Numbered from the stretch's first letter, positions 9,327-20,002 are shown. The stretch: 32,000 bases of DNA from Pseudoalteromonas translucida KMM 520 (GCF_001465295.1 NZ_CP011034.1:720001-752000), one strand, 5' to 3'. Numbers and translations are program-made. The notes: a model not told the origin generated them from the letters alone.

Positions 9327-10712
9327 ATGGCTAAAGCGGCAAAAGTAGAGTTTGTTTGTACCGAATGTGGCATGAACTACCAACGTTGGCAAGGTCAATG
9401 CCGCTGCGGTGCATGGAACACATTAGCAGAATTTAAACCGTCAGCAGGGCAAAGTAAAAAAACATCGGCACGCGTAAGTGTAGGTGGTTATGCTGGGGGA
9501 ATTGGTGGCGGTTCTAAAAAAATTAATGACATTGCTACCGCAGAAACCGAAAAACAGCTCACTGAAATTGGCGAGCTCGATCGTGTTTTAAGTGGCGGTG
9601 TAACAACGGGATCAGTTAATATAATTTCAGGCGATCCTGGGGCCGGTAAAACAACCTTGTTATCTGATTTAGTGGCGCGAATGTCACAACGTATGCCCTC
9701 ACTTTACTGTACCGCAGAAGAATCTTTATCGCAGTTTAAAAACAGAGTGAATCGTTTAAAGCTAAATTATAACCCTGATGCGCTTTATTTACTTTCAGAA
9801 ACCAGTGTTGAAACCATCATTGAAGAACTCGATAAAAATAAAATTAAGTTTGCAGTAATAGACTCTATTCAAGCAGTGGTCACCGACACAGCTAACGGTA
9901 GCCCAGGCTCGCCTTCACAAGTGAAAAGTGCCGCGCAAGCACTTACGCAATACTGTAAGCAAAATGATGTCACTATGTTCATTATTGCCCATGTAAATAA
10001 AAACAACGAAATAGCTGGCCCACAAACGCTGGTGCATATAGTTGATGCACTACTGCATATAGATACTAACGATGGGCAAATTCGTACCTTACGAGCAAAT
10101 AAAAACCGCTTTGGTGATATAGATACTGTCGGTATTTTTAGAATGTGCGAACGCGGCATGCTTAGCGTTGATAACCCCAGCGAAATATTTTTATCAGGTT
10201 CAACTACAGACTCTCCGGGCTCTGCAATTACGTGTATTCGTAAAGGTAATCGTAATTTATTGCTCGAAATTCAATGTTTAACCACCGAAATTGAGGCGGA
10301 GTTTCCGCAGCGTGTTTGCGTTGGTTTAAACATGAACCGAATAAAAATGCTCACCGGCATACTGCGTAAACACACGAAAACTAAAATATTTCACGATACG
10401 TTTTTTAATATAGTGGGTGGTTTAAAAATTGATGAATCAGAAACCTGTATAGATTTAGCGTTGGTTGCTGCGCTACTTAGCAGCTTAAATGATTTTGTGG
10501 TGCCACGTACCACTTGTATTATGGGAGAGCTGAGCTTAAACGGCGATGTACGCCCAATAGACAGTGGTGTACCGCGCGTTAAAGAAGCTGCGCAGCATGG
10601 CTTTACGGAAATATTTATTCCATTTCGTAATTACCATAAATCAATGGAAGGGCTGGGCGCTAAGATCACCCCGATAAAAACAGTGCATGAGTTACTTAGT
10701 TTAATTAATTAG
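9327..10712 (+). CDS. radA: DNA repair protein RadA/Sms
   Basis: 461 aa. It has an N-terminal C4 zinc finger (CTECG...CRCG), a Walker A (GDPGAGKTT), the RadA KNRFG motif (ANKNRFG) and a Lon-like C-terminal domain. Confidence 0.96.
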   Translation: MAKAAKVEFVCTECGMNYQRWQGQCRCGAWNTLAEFKPSAGQSKKTSARVSVGGYAGGIGGGSKKINDIATAETEKQLTEIGELDRVLSGGVTTGSVNIISGDPGAGKTTLLSDLVARMSQRMPSLYCTAEESLSQFKNRVNRLKLNYNPDALYLLSETSVETIIEELDKNKIKFAVIDSIQAVVTDTANGSPGSPSQVKSAAQALTQYCKQNDVTMFIIAHVNKNNEIAGPQTLVHIVDALLHIDTNDGQIRTLRANKNRFGDIDTVGIFRMCERGMLSVDNPSEIFLSGSTTDSPGSAITCIRKGNRNLLLEIQCLTTEIEAEFPQRVCVGLNMNRIKMLTGILRKHTKTKIFHDTFFNIVGGLKIDESETCIDLALVAALLSSLNDFVVPRTTCIMGELSLNGDVRPIDSGVPRVKEAAQHGFTEIFIPFRNYHKSMEGLGAKITPIKTVHELLSLIN

Positions 10713-10793
10713 TAAAAACGCTTATCGGTGATGTTCTGCAATGTTACTCTTGAGCTGAAACAATTTATATAAAGACTTAAATAAGGAAATAAC

Positions 10794-11726
10794 ATGAAAA
10801 AGTTAGTTATAGCTGCAGCAATTGTAGCTGCCGGTGTTGGTGGCGTAAGTTATGCAAACCACGTAGCCACTAAAGAAGTACGTGCAGAAATAGATAAGCA
10901 ACTAGCACTAGTGAGCGAGCAAACCGGCGCTACATTTAAGTATGCAGACTTATCGGCCAGTGTTATTTCCAATAGTGTAGAAATTAGCAATATGGAAGTC
11001 ATTAGTTCTGAAGGCGATAATGTTGCCAGCATTCAAAGCATTGAAGTGACAGGCTACGAAACCGATAAAATTTCACCACACACCACATTTGACGTAAAAA
11101 GCTTTCAATTTAATAAAGACTTTGTGGCTAAATTACCAGCCGATACAAATATTATGTTAGCGTCGGCCAGTTACGACTTACATTCATCACTCGATTACGA
11201 TGAAAAGTCGGGCGACAGCGATGTGGTTGTTAAGTTAGATGCAAAAGACATTGTTAGCCTTAATATGAATATGGGCCTGGCAAACACACAAGCACTTATG
11301 GATGCATCGCTTGCGATTAGTAAAGCGCAGCAAGCAGCGGGCAGCCAGCCTTTAACTTATGAGCAAGAATTACAGCAGCAAACGCTAATAATGCAAGCCA
11401 TGAGTAAGTTAGAGCCGCGCAGTGTTAACTTTGAACTTAATAACCAAGGCGAGCTTAAAGCATTGCTAGAAAGTGAGCTTGTTAAGCAAGGTATGAGTGT
11501 TGAGCAAATGCAAATGATGGTTGAGCAGCAACTACAGCAAGCGCCAGTAACCGAAGAAATTGCAGAGGCGATTAGCGGCTTTGTTAAAGGTTTAAATTCA
11601 TTTAGCGTGTCGGCAAAACTACCTGAAGGCAAAACTATGATGGAAGTTAACCAACAAATAATGATGCTAATAGGCCAGCCTGAAAAACTGGTAGAGTATA
11701 TTAATCTAGAAGTTAAAGGCGACTAA
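10794..11726 (+). CDS. hypothetical exported or membrane-anchored protein, Q/M-rich C-terminal half
   Basis: 310 aa with a hydrophobic N-terminus (MKKLVIAAAIVAAGVGGVSYA). AAGGA RBS upstream and a strong terminator downstream. I recognise no family. Confidence 0.7.
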   Translation: MKKLVIAAAIVAAGVGGVSYANHVATKEVRAEIDKQLALVSEQTGATFKYADLSASVISNSVEISNMEVISSEGDNVASIQSIEVTGYETDKISPHTTFDVKSFQFNKDFVAKLPADTNIMLASASYDLHSSLDYDEKSGDSDVVVKLDAKDIVSLNMNMGLANTQALMDASLAISKAQQAAGSQPLTYEQELQQQTLIMQAMSKLEPRSVNFELNNQGELKALLESELVKQGMSVEQMQMMVEQQLQQAPVTEEIAEAISGFVKGLNSFSVSAKLPEGKTMMEVNQQIMMLIGQPEKLVEYINLEVKGD

Positions 11727-11782
11727 AAGTAGCTCTAGTAATCGTGCTATCAGTTAAAAATGATAGCACGACGCACATAATT

Positions 11783-11810
11783 AAAGCGCGAGTTTAACTC
11801 GCGCTTTTTT
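11783..11810 (+). terminator. rho-independent terminator (gcgcgag-tttaa-ctcgcgc + TTTTTT)
   Basis: Perfect 7-bp GC-rich stem (11786-11792 / 11798-11804) followed by T6. A second T-less hairpin, cgtgctatca-N8-tgatagcacg, lies at 11743-11770. Confidence 0.8.
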
Positions 11811-11850
11811 ATGCCTGATTATAATTACTGTATTTATTTAAAGCACTCTA

Positions 11851-11885
11851 GTAGGTCGGTTAAGCGAAAGCGCCACCCGACAAAC
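11851..11885 (+). repeat. REP-like element: GTAG head plus GTCGG...CCGAC stem
   Basis: Sequence gtaggtcggttaagcgaaagcgccacccgacaaac. It shares the GTAGGT head and layout of the element at 2991-3022. It lies just downstream of the serA stop. Confidence 0.55.
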
Positions 11886-11895
11886 AACTGATAGC

Positions 11896-13125
11896 TTAGT
11901 GCAGAATACGTGCTCTTATCGTGCCTTCAACAGCGCTTAGCTCTTTAAGGGCAACTTCTGAGTGGTCGGTATCTACATCAATAACGACATAACCAATTGA
12001 TTCATCAGTTTGTAGGTACTGCGCGGCAATGTTAATGCCGTGCTGCGCAAACGCTTGGTTTATTTGTGTTAATACGCCAGGGCGGTTGTGATGTACATGC
12101 AGTAAGCGACTACGGTTAGCAAGCTCTGGTAGTGATACTTCAGGGAAGTTAACTGCAGTAATAGTTGAGCCGTTATCTGAGTATTTAGCTAGTTTTCCAG
12201 CTACTTCAATACCAATGTTTTCTTGTGCTTCTTGAGTTGAACCACCAATGTGCGGCGTTAAAATAACATTGTCAAAATTACGCAGTGGCGATACAAACTC
12301 TTCATCGTTAGATTTAGGCTCAACCGGGAATACATCGATTGCTGCGCCGCTGAGTTTTTTCTCGGTAAGTGCTTCTGCCAATGCATCAATATCAACCACA
12401 GTGCCGCGAGACGCATTAATTAAAATGGCGCCTTGCTTCATTATTGCAAGTTCGGCTGTGCCAATTAAGTTTTTAGTTTGCGGGGTTTCTGGCACGTGCA
12501 GGGTAATAATATCAGCGCGTTGTAATAATTGAGTCAGGTTATGTACTTGCTTAGCGTTGCCAAGTGATAACTTATCTTCAATATCGTAAAACTCCACGTT
12601 CATACCAATATTTTCGGCCATAATACCTAACTGGGTACCAATGTGGCCATAGCCAATAATACCCAATGTTTTACCACGAGCTTCAAACGAGCCGTTTGCG
12701 GTTTTTAACCAGCCGCCGCGGTGTGCTGCAGCATTACGCTGTGGAATACCGCGTAATAACAACAGTATTTCACCAAGTACAAGCTCTGCAACCGAGCGGG
12801 TGTTAGAAAATGGTGCGTTAAATACTGCAATACCACGTTCGCGCGCCGCATTTAAGTCAACCTGGTTGGTGCCAATACAAAAGCAGCCAACCGCAACGAG
12901 CTTTTCAGCTGCTTCTAACACAGATTGGTTAATATGAGTACGAGAACGAAGCCCCACAAAGTGTACGTCTTTAATACGTTCTTTTAGCTCGTCCTCAGGT
13001 AAGGATGTTTTAACATAGTCGATGTTGCTATAACCGTTACGTTTTAGCGTTTCAACAGCGCTTTGGTGAACACCTTCAAGCAAAAGAATTTTAATTTTGT
13101 CTTTTGCCAACGATACCTTACTCAT
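11896..13125 (-). CDS. serA: D-3-phosphoglycerate dehydrogenase
   Basis: 409 aa. It has the NAD-binding GIIGYGHIGTQ motif, catalytic R/E/H context (ASRG..., TPHIGGST) and a C-terminal ACT-like domain. Confidence 0.95.
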   Translation of the reverse strand: MSKVSLAKDKIKILLLEGVHQSAVETLKRNGYSNIDYVKTSLPEDELKERIKDVHFVGLRSRTHINQSVLEAAEKLVAVGCFCIGTNQVDLNAARERGIAVFNAPFSNTRSVAELVLGEILLLLRGIPQRNAAAHRGGWLKTANGSFEARGKTLGIIGYGHIGTQLGIMAENIGMNVEFYDIEDKLSLGNAKQVHNLTQLLQRADIITLHVPETPQTKNLIGTAELAIMKQGAILINASRGTVVDIDALAEALTEKKLSGAAIDVFPVEPKSNDEEFVSPLRNFDNVILTPHIGGSTQEAQENIGIEVAGKLAKYSDNGSTITAVNFPEVSLPELANRSRLLHVHHNRPGVLTQINQAFAQHGINIAAQYLQTDESIGYVVIDVDTDHSEVALKELSAVEGTIRARILH

Positions 13126-13134
13126 AACCTCATC

Positions 13135-13788
13135 CTATTTAATTTGTGGCCCATTTTTAGTGCCGATAATCACTTTATCAGCGCCACGCTCTGCGAATAG
13201 GCCGTTGGTAACTACGCCAACAATTTGATTAATTTGTGTTTCAAGTTGTTTAGCTTGGGTAATTTTTAAATTATGTACATCTAAAATAACGTTACCGTTA
13301 TCGGTAACTACACCTTGGCGATACACAGGATCACCGCCAAGCTTTAATAATTCGCGTGCTACGTAGCTGCGTGCCATGGGTATAACTTCAACTGGCAGTG
13401 GAAAACCGCCCAATGTTGCTACTAATTTGGTGTCATCTACAATACACACAAATTGTTTAGCTACTGCTGCAACTATTTTTTCACGCGTAAGGGCTGCACC
13501 GCCGCCTTTAATCATTTCGTTATGGGCGTTAATTTCATCAGCGCCGTCAACGTATACATCTAAAACATCAACGTCATTAAGTTCAAATACTTCAATGCCT
13601 AGCGCTTTTAAGCGAGCAGTTGAGGCTTCTGAACTAGAAACCGTACCTTTAATGGTGTCTTTTATTGAGCCTAGTGCATCAATAAAGTGATTAACCGTTG
13701 AGCCTGTACCTACACCTACAATAGTGTTCTCTTTTACAAACTCTAACGCTGCCCAAGCAGCTGCTTTTTTTAATTCGTCTTGTGTCAT
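13135..13788 (-). CDS. rpiA: ribose-5-phosphate isomerase A
   Basis: Start trimmed to [18 protein letters not shown]... by homology with enteric RpiA (GVGTGST, DGADE motifs). The track ORF carries a 34-codon upstream extension that runs into the preceding gene. Confidence 0.93.
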   Translation of the reverse strand: MTQDELKKAAAWAALEFVKENTIVGVGTGSTVNHFIDALGSIKDTIKGTVSSSEASTARLKALGIEVFELNDVDVLDVYVDGADEINAHNEMIKGGGAALTREKIVAAVAKQFVCIVDDTKLVATLGGFPLPVEVIPMARSYVARELLKLGGDPVYRQGVVTDNGNVILDVHNLKITQAKQLETQINQIVGVVTNGLFAERGADKVIIGTKNGPQIK

Positions 13789-13840
13789 TGTTTTATGCTC
13801 ATTTATGTCAAAAATTTCTACTGGTATACAAAGTAACGCT

Positions 13841-14437
13841 TTACCAGCAGTAGGTTTTATTTGGGGTGATAATTGTTTTAAGTGGCACATCCCATGATTC
13901 TATGGGTAAGGCTGTTACTTTTTGGCATTCATGTGCTAAACCAATAAGTTGCGGTTTTTGCCAGTGTTGCTGGTGTAGCCGCGCCAATGTCCGATCGTAA
14001 AACCCACCTCCCATTCCTAAGCGATTACCTTGGTTATCAAATGCCACTAACGGCATAAGTAGGTAATCAAGCTCTGGTAACGGGCATATTTGAGTACAAT
14101 TGAGCTTAGGTTCCAAGATACCATAGCGGTTTGCCTTCATGGGTGAGTTTTTTTCATAACGCTGAAATAGTAAATTAGCCCCGTTAAAGGGGTGAATTAC
14201 AGGTAAGTAAAGGTGATGTCCTTTATCCCATAATTCATTAATTAACAATGAGGTATCTAATTCGCCGTCGTTACTAAAATAAATAGCAATATGCTCTTTT
14301 TTAGAGCTTTTTTTGCCATTTAAGTATTGAATAAAATTCATTTTTAGCGATTGGGCGGCAATTAATTGTTGGTTGTTTGATAAATTATTACGCAGTTCGC
14401 GGACAGACGCTCTTATTGTTGCACGTTTATTGCTCAC
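13841..14437 (-). CDS. ygfA: 5-formyltetrahydrofolate cyclo-ligase
   Basis: 198 aa. [15 protein letters not shown] and [12 protein letters not shown] match the YgfA/Fau (MTHFS) family. Confidence 0.9.
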   Translation of the reverse strand: MSNKRATIRASVRELRNNLSNNQQLIAAQSLKMNFIQYLNGKKSSKKEHIAIYFSNDGELDTSLLINELWDKGHHLYLPVIHPFNGANLLFQRYEKNSPMKANRYGILEPKLNCTQICPLPELDYLLMPLVAFDNQGNRLGMGGGFYDRTLARLHQQHWQKPQLIGLAHECQKVTALPIESWDVPLKTIITPNKTYCW

Positions 14438-14457
14438 TTTAGGATTTCACCCCGTAA

Positions 14458-15009
14458 TTAAAAAGAGAATAAGTTAGGGACGGTTAAGTATATTGCTAAT
14501 AAAACAAGCAAAGTAACCGCCGTTGCTATGAGTGAATATAACAACACATTACTGCGTTTTTGCAGTGGCGTGAGTAACTCATCATCAAGCATAAGATCAT
14601 CGTCTTGCCATTCTATGTGTTCATCGGTAATTGCTGTGGCTTCAACTTCGGGTAAGCGCTGTTCAAGCTCGTCTAGTTTTTCTTCAAGGCGAATTAAGCT
14701 ACTGGTAATGTAATCAAGCGCATCAAAAATTCTGTCATCGCGCTGGCTACTCGTTGCACTTGCCAGTTGAGTACTTTGATTTGGGTTGGTAACAGCCTGC
14801 AGCTTACTTTTAATACCTAAGCTGGCAAGTAGTTTGGCTTGCTTTAGGGCTTTGTCTTTATTACTTGGCACAAATAGCGGTTTACCATTAAAAAAAAGCG
14901 ACACTTTTTCATCTGATGTTTTTAATTTAGTAGCAAGCATGGCAGTAACAGCTTTGCTGTCAACGCCCTCAGCAAGTCCTACAAAGGTAACACGAAAGTT
15001 GTCGGCCAT
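14458..15009 (-). CDS. hypothetical tail-anchored membrane protein
   Basis: 183 aa: an N-terminal ~75-aa globular part, an S/T/Q linker, an acidic coiled-coil-like segment (LEEKLDELEQRL, DDDLMLDDELL) and one C-terminal TM (VLLYSLIATAVTLLVLLAIYL). Its stop is only 20 nt upstream of the 5-FCL start. Confidence 0.65.
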   Translation of the reverse strand: MADNFRVTFVGLAEGVDSKAVTAMLATKLKTSDEKVSLFFNGKPLFVPSNKDKALKQAKLLASLGIKSKLQAVTNPNQSTQLASATSSQRDDRIFDALDYITSSLIRLEEKLDELEQRLPEVEATAITDEHIEWQDDDLMLDDELLTPLQKRSNVLLYSLIATAVTLLVLLAIYLTVPNLFSF

Positions 15010-15114
15010 TTTTTATTCCCTAAGCTTTTATAGTAAAACGAGTATATACCGAAAGTGCAAAACAATTCGAGGGTGATTTATGTTTCACGGCTTGAATAAT
15101 AAGCTTTAGATATA

Positions 15115-15140
15115 AAAACGACCCTTAAAAGGGCCGTTTA
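15115..15140 (-). terminator. rho-independent terminator of metK
   Basis: The minus strand reads aaacggccc-ttttaa-gggtcgttttt. It lies 22 nt downstream of the metK stop. Confidence 0.7.
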
Positions 15141-15161
15141 TTATTTATATATTAATTAGCC

Positions 15162-16313
15162 TTAAAGGCCAGCAGCAGCGCGAAGTGCTTCTGCTTTATC
15201 GGTACGTTCCCAAGGGAACTCTTCACGACCAAAGTGGCCGTAAGCCGCAGTTGGAAGGTAAATAGGGCGCTCTAAATCAAGCATTTTAATTAAACCGTAA
15301 GGGCGCAAGTCAAAGTGCTCACGAATAAGCTCAATTAAACGGCTTTCTTCTAGTTTACTAGTACCAAAGGTTTCTACGCTTATAGACGTAGGCTCTGCAA
15401 TACCAATAGCGTACGACACTTGTAGTTCACACTTATCAGCAAGACCAGCAGCAACAATGTTTTTAGCAACATAACGTGCAGCATACGCCGCTGAGCGGTC
15501 AACTTTTGATGGATCTTTACCAGAGAAAGCACCGCCACCGTGACGAGCCATGCCGCCGTAGGTATCTACAATGATTTTACGACCAGTTAAGCCACAATCG
15601 CCCATTGGTCCGCCAATTACAAAGCGGCCTGTTGGGTTAATAAAAAACTTAGTTGCGCTAGTAATTAGCTCAGCAGGAAGTACCGGCTTGATGATCGTTT
15701 CCATCACCGCTTCGATTAAATCTTTTTGTGAAATATCTTCGCTGTGCTGCGTAGAAAGTACTACAGCATCAATACCTACTGGCTTGCCGTTTTCGTATGC
15801 AAACGTAACTTGAGATTTTGCATCTGGGCGTAACCAGTTAAGCTCACCGCTTTTACGTACTTGTGCTTGGCGCTGTACTAAACGGTGTGAGTAAGTAATA
15901 GGAGCAGGCATTAGTACTTCAGTTTCGTTACATGCGTAACCAAACATTAAGCCTTGGTCGCCAGCGCCTTGCTCTTCTGGGCTAGTACGGTCAACACCTT
16001 GGTTAATGTCAGGAGACTGTTTACCAATAGTGTTTAAAATTGCACATGAATCTGCATCAAAACCCATATCTGAATTAGTGTAGCCAATGTCGCGAATTGT
16101 TTTACGTGTAATTTCTTCGATATCAACCCATGCGCTAGTAGTGATTTCACCACCAACCATAACCATACCGGTTTTCACGTAAGTTTCACACGCAACTCGG
16201 GCATGAGAATCTTGCTCAAGGATAGCATCAAGTACCGCATCAGAGATTTGATCGGCGATTTTATCCGGATGACCTTCAGAAACAGATTCAGAAGTAAATA
16301 AATGTTTTGCCAT
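15162..16313 (-). CDS. metK: S-adenosylmethionine synthase
   Basis: Start trimmed to [22 protein letters not shown], identical in form to the enteric MetK N-terminus. [16 protein letters not shown] is present. Confidence 0.97.
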   Translation of the reverse strand: MAKHLFTSESVSEGHPDKIADQISDAVLDAILEQDSHARVACETYVKTGMVMVGGEITTSAWVDIEEITRKTIRDIGYTNSDMGFDADSCAILNTIGKQSPDINQGVDRTSPEEQGAGDQGLMFGYACNETEVLMPAPITYSHRLVQRQAQVRKSGELNWLRPDAKSQVTFAYENGKPVGIDAVVLSTQHSEDISQKDLIEAVMETIIKPVLPAELITSATKFFINPTGRFVIGGPMGDCGLTGRKIIVDTYGGMARHGGGAFSGKDPSKVDRSAAYAARYVAKNIVAAGLADKCELQVSYAIGIAEPTSISVETFGTSKLEESRLIELIREHFDLRPYGLIKMLDLERPIYLPTAAYGHFGREEFPWERTDKAEALRAAAGL

Positions 16314-16415
16314 TGTATTTCTGCTCACAAATATTGCGCTTCACAAACGTCGGTATTAGCGCTTAAAAATTAAGGGGCGTATTTTATCGAAAACAAAACA
16401 CCTTGCATAGTGTTT

Positions 16416-16431
16416 TTACGCCTAGACGTCT
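16416..16431. promoter_or_regulatory. putative MetJ operator: two tandem met-boxes (TTACGCCT AGACGTCT)
   Basis: One box matches the AGACGTCT met-box consensus 8/8 (16424-16431) and a directly abutting box matches 5/8. They lie ~100 nt upstream of the metK start. Confidence 0.45.
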
Positions 16432-16616
16432 AAATAAAATATTTAATAACTTTTCGGTCTCAAAAAATATTCATAATGACCTATTATTATGGGTTTTTAA
16501 TTGCACACCGCCCCTACAATAAGTAAGAATGGACTATACACTAGTCGCCAAGTTATACGGCGGCATAATCGAATACATAAATACCCGCGCAAAAATATAT
16601 TAAGGTAGGAGAATTC

Positions 16617-18608
16617 ATGCCATCTCGCAAAGAACTTGCAAATGCTATTCGTGTCTTGTCAATGGACGCAGTACAAAAGGCCAAATCTGGTCATCCTGGA
16701 GCCCCTATGGGCATGGCAGATATCGCAGAAGTATTATGGCGCGATTATCTAAAACATAACCCGACGAATCCAGAGTGGGCTGACCGAGATCGCTTTATAT
16801 TATCGAACGGCCACGGTTCAATGCTTATTTATTCTTTATTACATTTAACTGGTTATGATTTACCGTTAGACGAAATTAAAAACTTCCGTCAAATGCATTC
16901 AAAAACACCTGGTCACCCAGAGTACGGTTATGCACCAGGTATCGAAACTACTACGGGCCCGTTAGGTCAAGGGATCACTAACGCAGTAGGTATGGCAATT
17001 GCCGAAAAAGCGCTAGCTGCACAGTTTAACCGTGAAGGTCACGATATTGTTGATCACTTTACCTATGCATTTATGGGCGACGGCTGCCTAATGGAAGGCA
17101 TTTCTCATGAAGCAGGTTCACTTGCAGGCACATTAGGCCTAGGTAAGCTTGTTGCATTTTGGGATGACAACGGCATTTCTATCGATGGCGAAGTAGAAGG
17201 TTGGTTTACCGATGATACGCCAGCTCGCTTTAAAGCGTACGGTTGGCATGTAATTAGCGGTGTTGATGGCCACGACAGCGATGCTATAAGTGCTGCAATC
17301 GCAGAGGCTAAAAGTGTTACCGATAAGCCATCACTAATTTGTTGTAAAACAATTATTGGTTACGGTTCACCTAATAAGTCGGGTAGCCACGACTGTCATG
17401 GTGCACCACTTGGTGAGGACGAAATTAAAGCGTCTCGCGAATTTTTAGGTTGGACTGGCGATGCCTTCGAAATTCCTGCAGACATTTATGCACAATGGGA
17501 TAGCAAAGAAAAAGGTCAACAGCTTGAATCAAGTTGGGATGAAAAATTTGCAGCATACGCAAAAGCATACCCAGAACTTGCAGCACAATACAAGCGTCGT
17601 ATTAACAACGAACTGCCTGGCGATTGGGCTGCAAAATCTCAAGCGTACATTGAAGAGCTGCAAGCAAACCCAGCAAACCCTGCATCGCGTAAAGCGTCGC
17701 AAAATGCATTAAACGCATTTGGCCCGTTATTACCAGAATTTATGGGTGGCTCTGCCGATTTAGCAGGCTCAAACTTAACAATTTGGGATGGCTCTAAAGG
17801 CTTAACACGCGACGATGCAAGCGGTAACTACATTTATTACGGTGTACGTGAGTTTGGTATGTCGGCAATTATGAATGGTATTGCGCTGCATAAAGGCTTT
17901 ATTCCTTACGGTGCTACATTCTTAATGTTTGTTGAATATGCAAAAAATGCCGTACGTATGGCTGCATTAATGAAGCAACCAAGTATTTTTGTATACACGC
18001 ACGATTCAATTGGTCTAGGTGAAGATGGTCCAACTCACCAACCAGTAGAGCAAATTGCCAGCATGCGTTTAACGCCTAACTTACACAACTGGCGCCCGTG
18101 CGACCAAGTTGAGTCGGCAATTGCATGGCAACAAGCTATTGAGCGTAAAGACGGTCCTACATCACTAATCTTTACTCGCCAAGGTCTTGAGCAACAAGCA
18201 CGTAACGCACAGCAATTAAGCGATGTTAAAAAGGGTGGTTACATCCTTAGCTGTGACGGCAATCCAGAGCTTATTTTCATTGCAACGGGTTCTGAAGTGC
18301 AACTAGCACAAGATTCAGCAAGCGAACTACGCAAGCAAGGTAAAAAGGTACGTGTTGTATCTATGCCGTGTACTGATGTCTTTGAAACGCAAAGCGCAGC
18401 ATACAAAGAAAGCGTATTACCAGCCTCGGTTTCACGCCGCGTAGCAGTAGAAGCAGGTATTGCTGACTACTGGTACAAGTACGTTGGCCTAAATGGCGCA
18501 GTAGTAGGTATGACTACCTTTGGTGAGTCAGCACCTGCTGGTGAGCTGTTTGAGCACTTTGGCTTTACTGTTGAAAACATAGTAAACAAAGCAAACGAGC
18601 TTTTTTAA
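16617..18608 (+). CDS. tkt: transketolase
   Basis: 663 aa. It starts [32 protein letters not shown], has the ThDP motif [13 protein letters not shown], and an AGGAG RBS. Confidence 0.97.
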   Translation: MPSRKELANAIRVLSMDAVQKAKSGHPGAPMGMADIAEVLWRDYLKHNPTNPEWADRDRFILSNGHGSMLIYSLLHLTGYDLPLDEIKNFRQMHSKTPGHPEYGYAPGIETTTGPLGQGITNAVGMAIAEKALAAQFNREGHDIVDHFTYAFMGDGCLMEGISHEAGSLAGTLGLGKLVAFWDDNGISIDGEVEGWFTDDTPARFKAYGWHVISGVDGHDSDAISAAIAEAKSVTDKPSLICCKTIIGYGSPNKSGSHDCHGAPLGEDEIKASREFLGWTGDAFEIPADIYAQWDSKEKGQQLESSWDEKFAAYAKAYPELAAQYKRRINNELPGDWAAKSQAYIEELQANPANPASRKASQNALNAFGPLLPEFMGGSADLAGSNLTIWDGSKGLTRDDASGNYIYYGVREFGMSAIMNGIALHKGFIPYGATFLMFVEYAKNAVRMAALMKQPSIFVYTHDSIGLGEDGPTHQPVEQIASMRLTPNLHNWRPCDQVESAIAWQQAIERKDGPTSLIFTRQGLEQQARNAQQLSDVKKGGYILSCDGNPELIFIATGSEVQLAQDSASELRKQGKKVRVVSMPCTDVFETQSAAYKESVLPASVSRRVAVEAGIADYWYKYVGLNGAVVGMTTFGESAPAGELFEHFGFTVENIVNKANELF

Positions 18609-18646
18609 TCGCCTTTGATTAAATAAAGTAAGCAATTGAAAAACCC

Positions 18647-18657
18647 GCATATGTTGC
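18647..18657. repeat. target-site duplication, left copy (gcatatgttgc)
   Basis: An identical 11-mer recurs at 20083-20093, directly abutting the other IS terminus. Confidence 0.85.
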
Positions 18658-18660
18658 TAA

Positions 18661-18692
18661 CACCACTCGTTTAAGAACGAGTGGTGTTTTTT
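18661..18692 (+). terminator. hairpin + T6 inside the IS left end (caccactcg-tttaagaa-cgagtggtg-tttttt)
   Basis: Perfect 9-bp stem followed by T6 on the + strand. It is now the first intact terminator structure downstream of tkt. Confidence 0.65.
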
Positions 18693-20002
18693 CGTTTATA
18701 CCTAACCGGATATTTTTGTGTCTTTGCGAGCACCGCTCGCGGATAAGCTTTTCGCTTTCTTTTCTCCGGTAATATTAGCCGTTTCCCGTTTTCACGTAGT
18801 TCTTTCAGCTTTTTAGGGATTGTCCCGGGGCTTCGACCTGAGCACCATAAAAACTCGTCTTGTATCAGGTATAATGCGTTTATGAAACTGATGCGTAATG
18901 GCTCCACTTTATGGGCTTTAGCCATCTCTGCCATTTCAAGCCTCACGATATTGTATGACGTCAGAATACCCCATAGTTCTTGATAAATACCTTCCTGTTT
19001 CAGGCTCCGTAGCGCTGGTTTACTAGATAATTGATATTGCTTGAGCTCACCATATCCTCGCTCTATTTCCCACCTTTGCCAATAAACACCGAGTAGCGCT
19101 TTTAGCGGGTATTTTTCTGGACAGACGCATGAGGTGATGAACCCTTTTATTTCACCTTTAGGTGTTGGAATTTGAATAAGTCTTGCTTGCCATGTATCAC
19201 CTAGGTAAGGGGCTGATTTTTTAGCTTGTGGCGAAATAGGCATTGTTATTAAGTGGTCATACTCACTAAATGATCCCGTTATTTCATAGCGCATTTTGCT
19301 TTTAATGGGCGTAAGCCAATGATGATTTTCGCTAACACCTTGCCAGCTCGTGAATAGTTCAGCCGAAAAGAAACCTCTATCAAATAGGGTCAATGAATGT
19401 TCAGGTGCTGAGCCAACAAGCTGTTGAGCATAATGAATTTCACTTTGAGTGATAGGGCCAAACGCTGCATCGGATATTAAATGCGTTCTTGTCGACATCA
19501 AGGTCACAGCAAGTACTGAGGGAAAGTTAGTTGTCGATTGAGCATATCCAAAGTGACGGTTACTCGGGGTATCTTGGGTTTTAAATTGTGTACCGTCAAC
19601 GCTTAGTAGCTTTAAACCACAGACGTCATCAAACGTTTGCGACTGCTCCCACTGCGTTGCTGTATGTTTAAAAAGGTGCTTCATAGGCGCAGCGCCTAGC
19701 TTTTCTTTCCCTTTTATAATACTGCTGGTCGCCAATGGTGGAAGCTCTCCTTTAGCGTCAGGAAAAGCGAGCTCTAGTTTGTCACAGACTTCAGATATTG
19801 AGCGGTTTCTTAATAAACCAATTCCTAACACAAGCCAAGCGGCTTGCTCGGCGGGGAAGCGTCGTTTGCGTACTGATGCTCTTCCTGTTTGGGTAACAGC
19901 TTCTTCAATCCACTCAAGGGGAATGTGCTTAGTGAACGAATCAATATCACGAACTTGGCAAAACTCAGTAGTAAGGTGTAATTCTTTAATAAATTCAGAC
20001 AT
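18671..20002 (-). CDS. IS4-family DDE transposase
   Basis: 443 aa from the ATG at 20002; the track start at 20017 is a TTG. It resembles the E. coli IS4 transposase as I recall it (RKRRFPAEQAAW, SVDGT, LFDRGF) and has the Y-x2-R-x3-E-x6-K signature YWQRWEIERGYGELK. Confidence 0.92.
   Translation of the reverse strand: MSEFIKELHLTTEFCQVRDIDSFTKHIPLEWIEEAVTQTGRASVRKRRFPAEQAAWLVLGIGLLRNRSISEVCDKLELAFPDAKGELPPLATSSIIKGKEKLGAAPMKHLFKHTATQWEQSQTFDDVCGLKLLSVDGTQFKTQDTPSNRHFGYAQSTTNFPSVLAVTLMSTRTHLISDAAFGPITQSEIHYAQQLVGSAPEHSLTLFDRGFFSAELFTSWQGVSENHHWLTPIKSKMRYEITGSFSEYDHLITMPISPQAKKSAPYLGDTWQARLIQIPTPKGEIKGFITSCVCPEKYPLKALLGVYWQRWEIERGYGELKQYQLSSKPALRSLKQEGIYQELWGILTSYNIVRLEMAEMAKAHKVEPLRISFINALYLIQDEFLWCSGRSPGTIPKKLKELRENGKRLILPEKRKRKAYPRAVLAKTQKYPVRYKRKNTTRS

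Noticed and set aside
13789-13890. N-terminal extensions of track ORFs: rpiA 13890, surE 29666, ispD 27519, metK 16328, ytjB 5311, transposase 20017.
   Set aside because: Homologous N-termini begin at internal Met codons. The extensions overlap upstream genes or start at non-ATG codons without an SD.
14438-15161. 6S RNA (ssrS), expected upstream of the 5-FCL gene by analogy with E. coli.
   Set aside because: The minus-strand sequence there reads as a coherent protein, including a TM helix. It shows none of the long GC-paired closing stem or central bubble pattern of 6S RNA. The remaining 152-nt gap (15010-15161) is taken up by the metK terminator.
16466-16493. A dif/XerCD-like site (cataat-N8-attatg) in the metK/tkt intergenic region.
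   Set aside because: Only the short inverted repeat resembles dif. The XerC and XerD arms do not match the GGTGCGCATAA / TTATGTTAAAT consensus.
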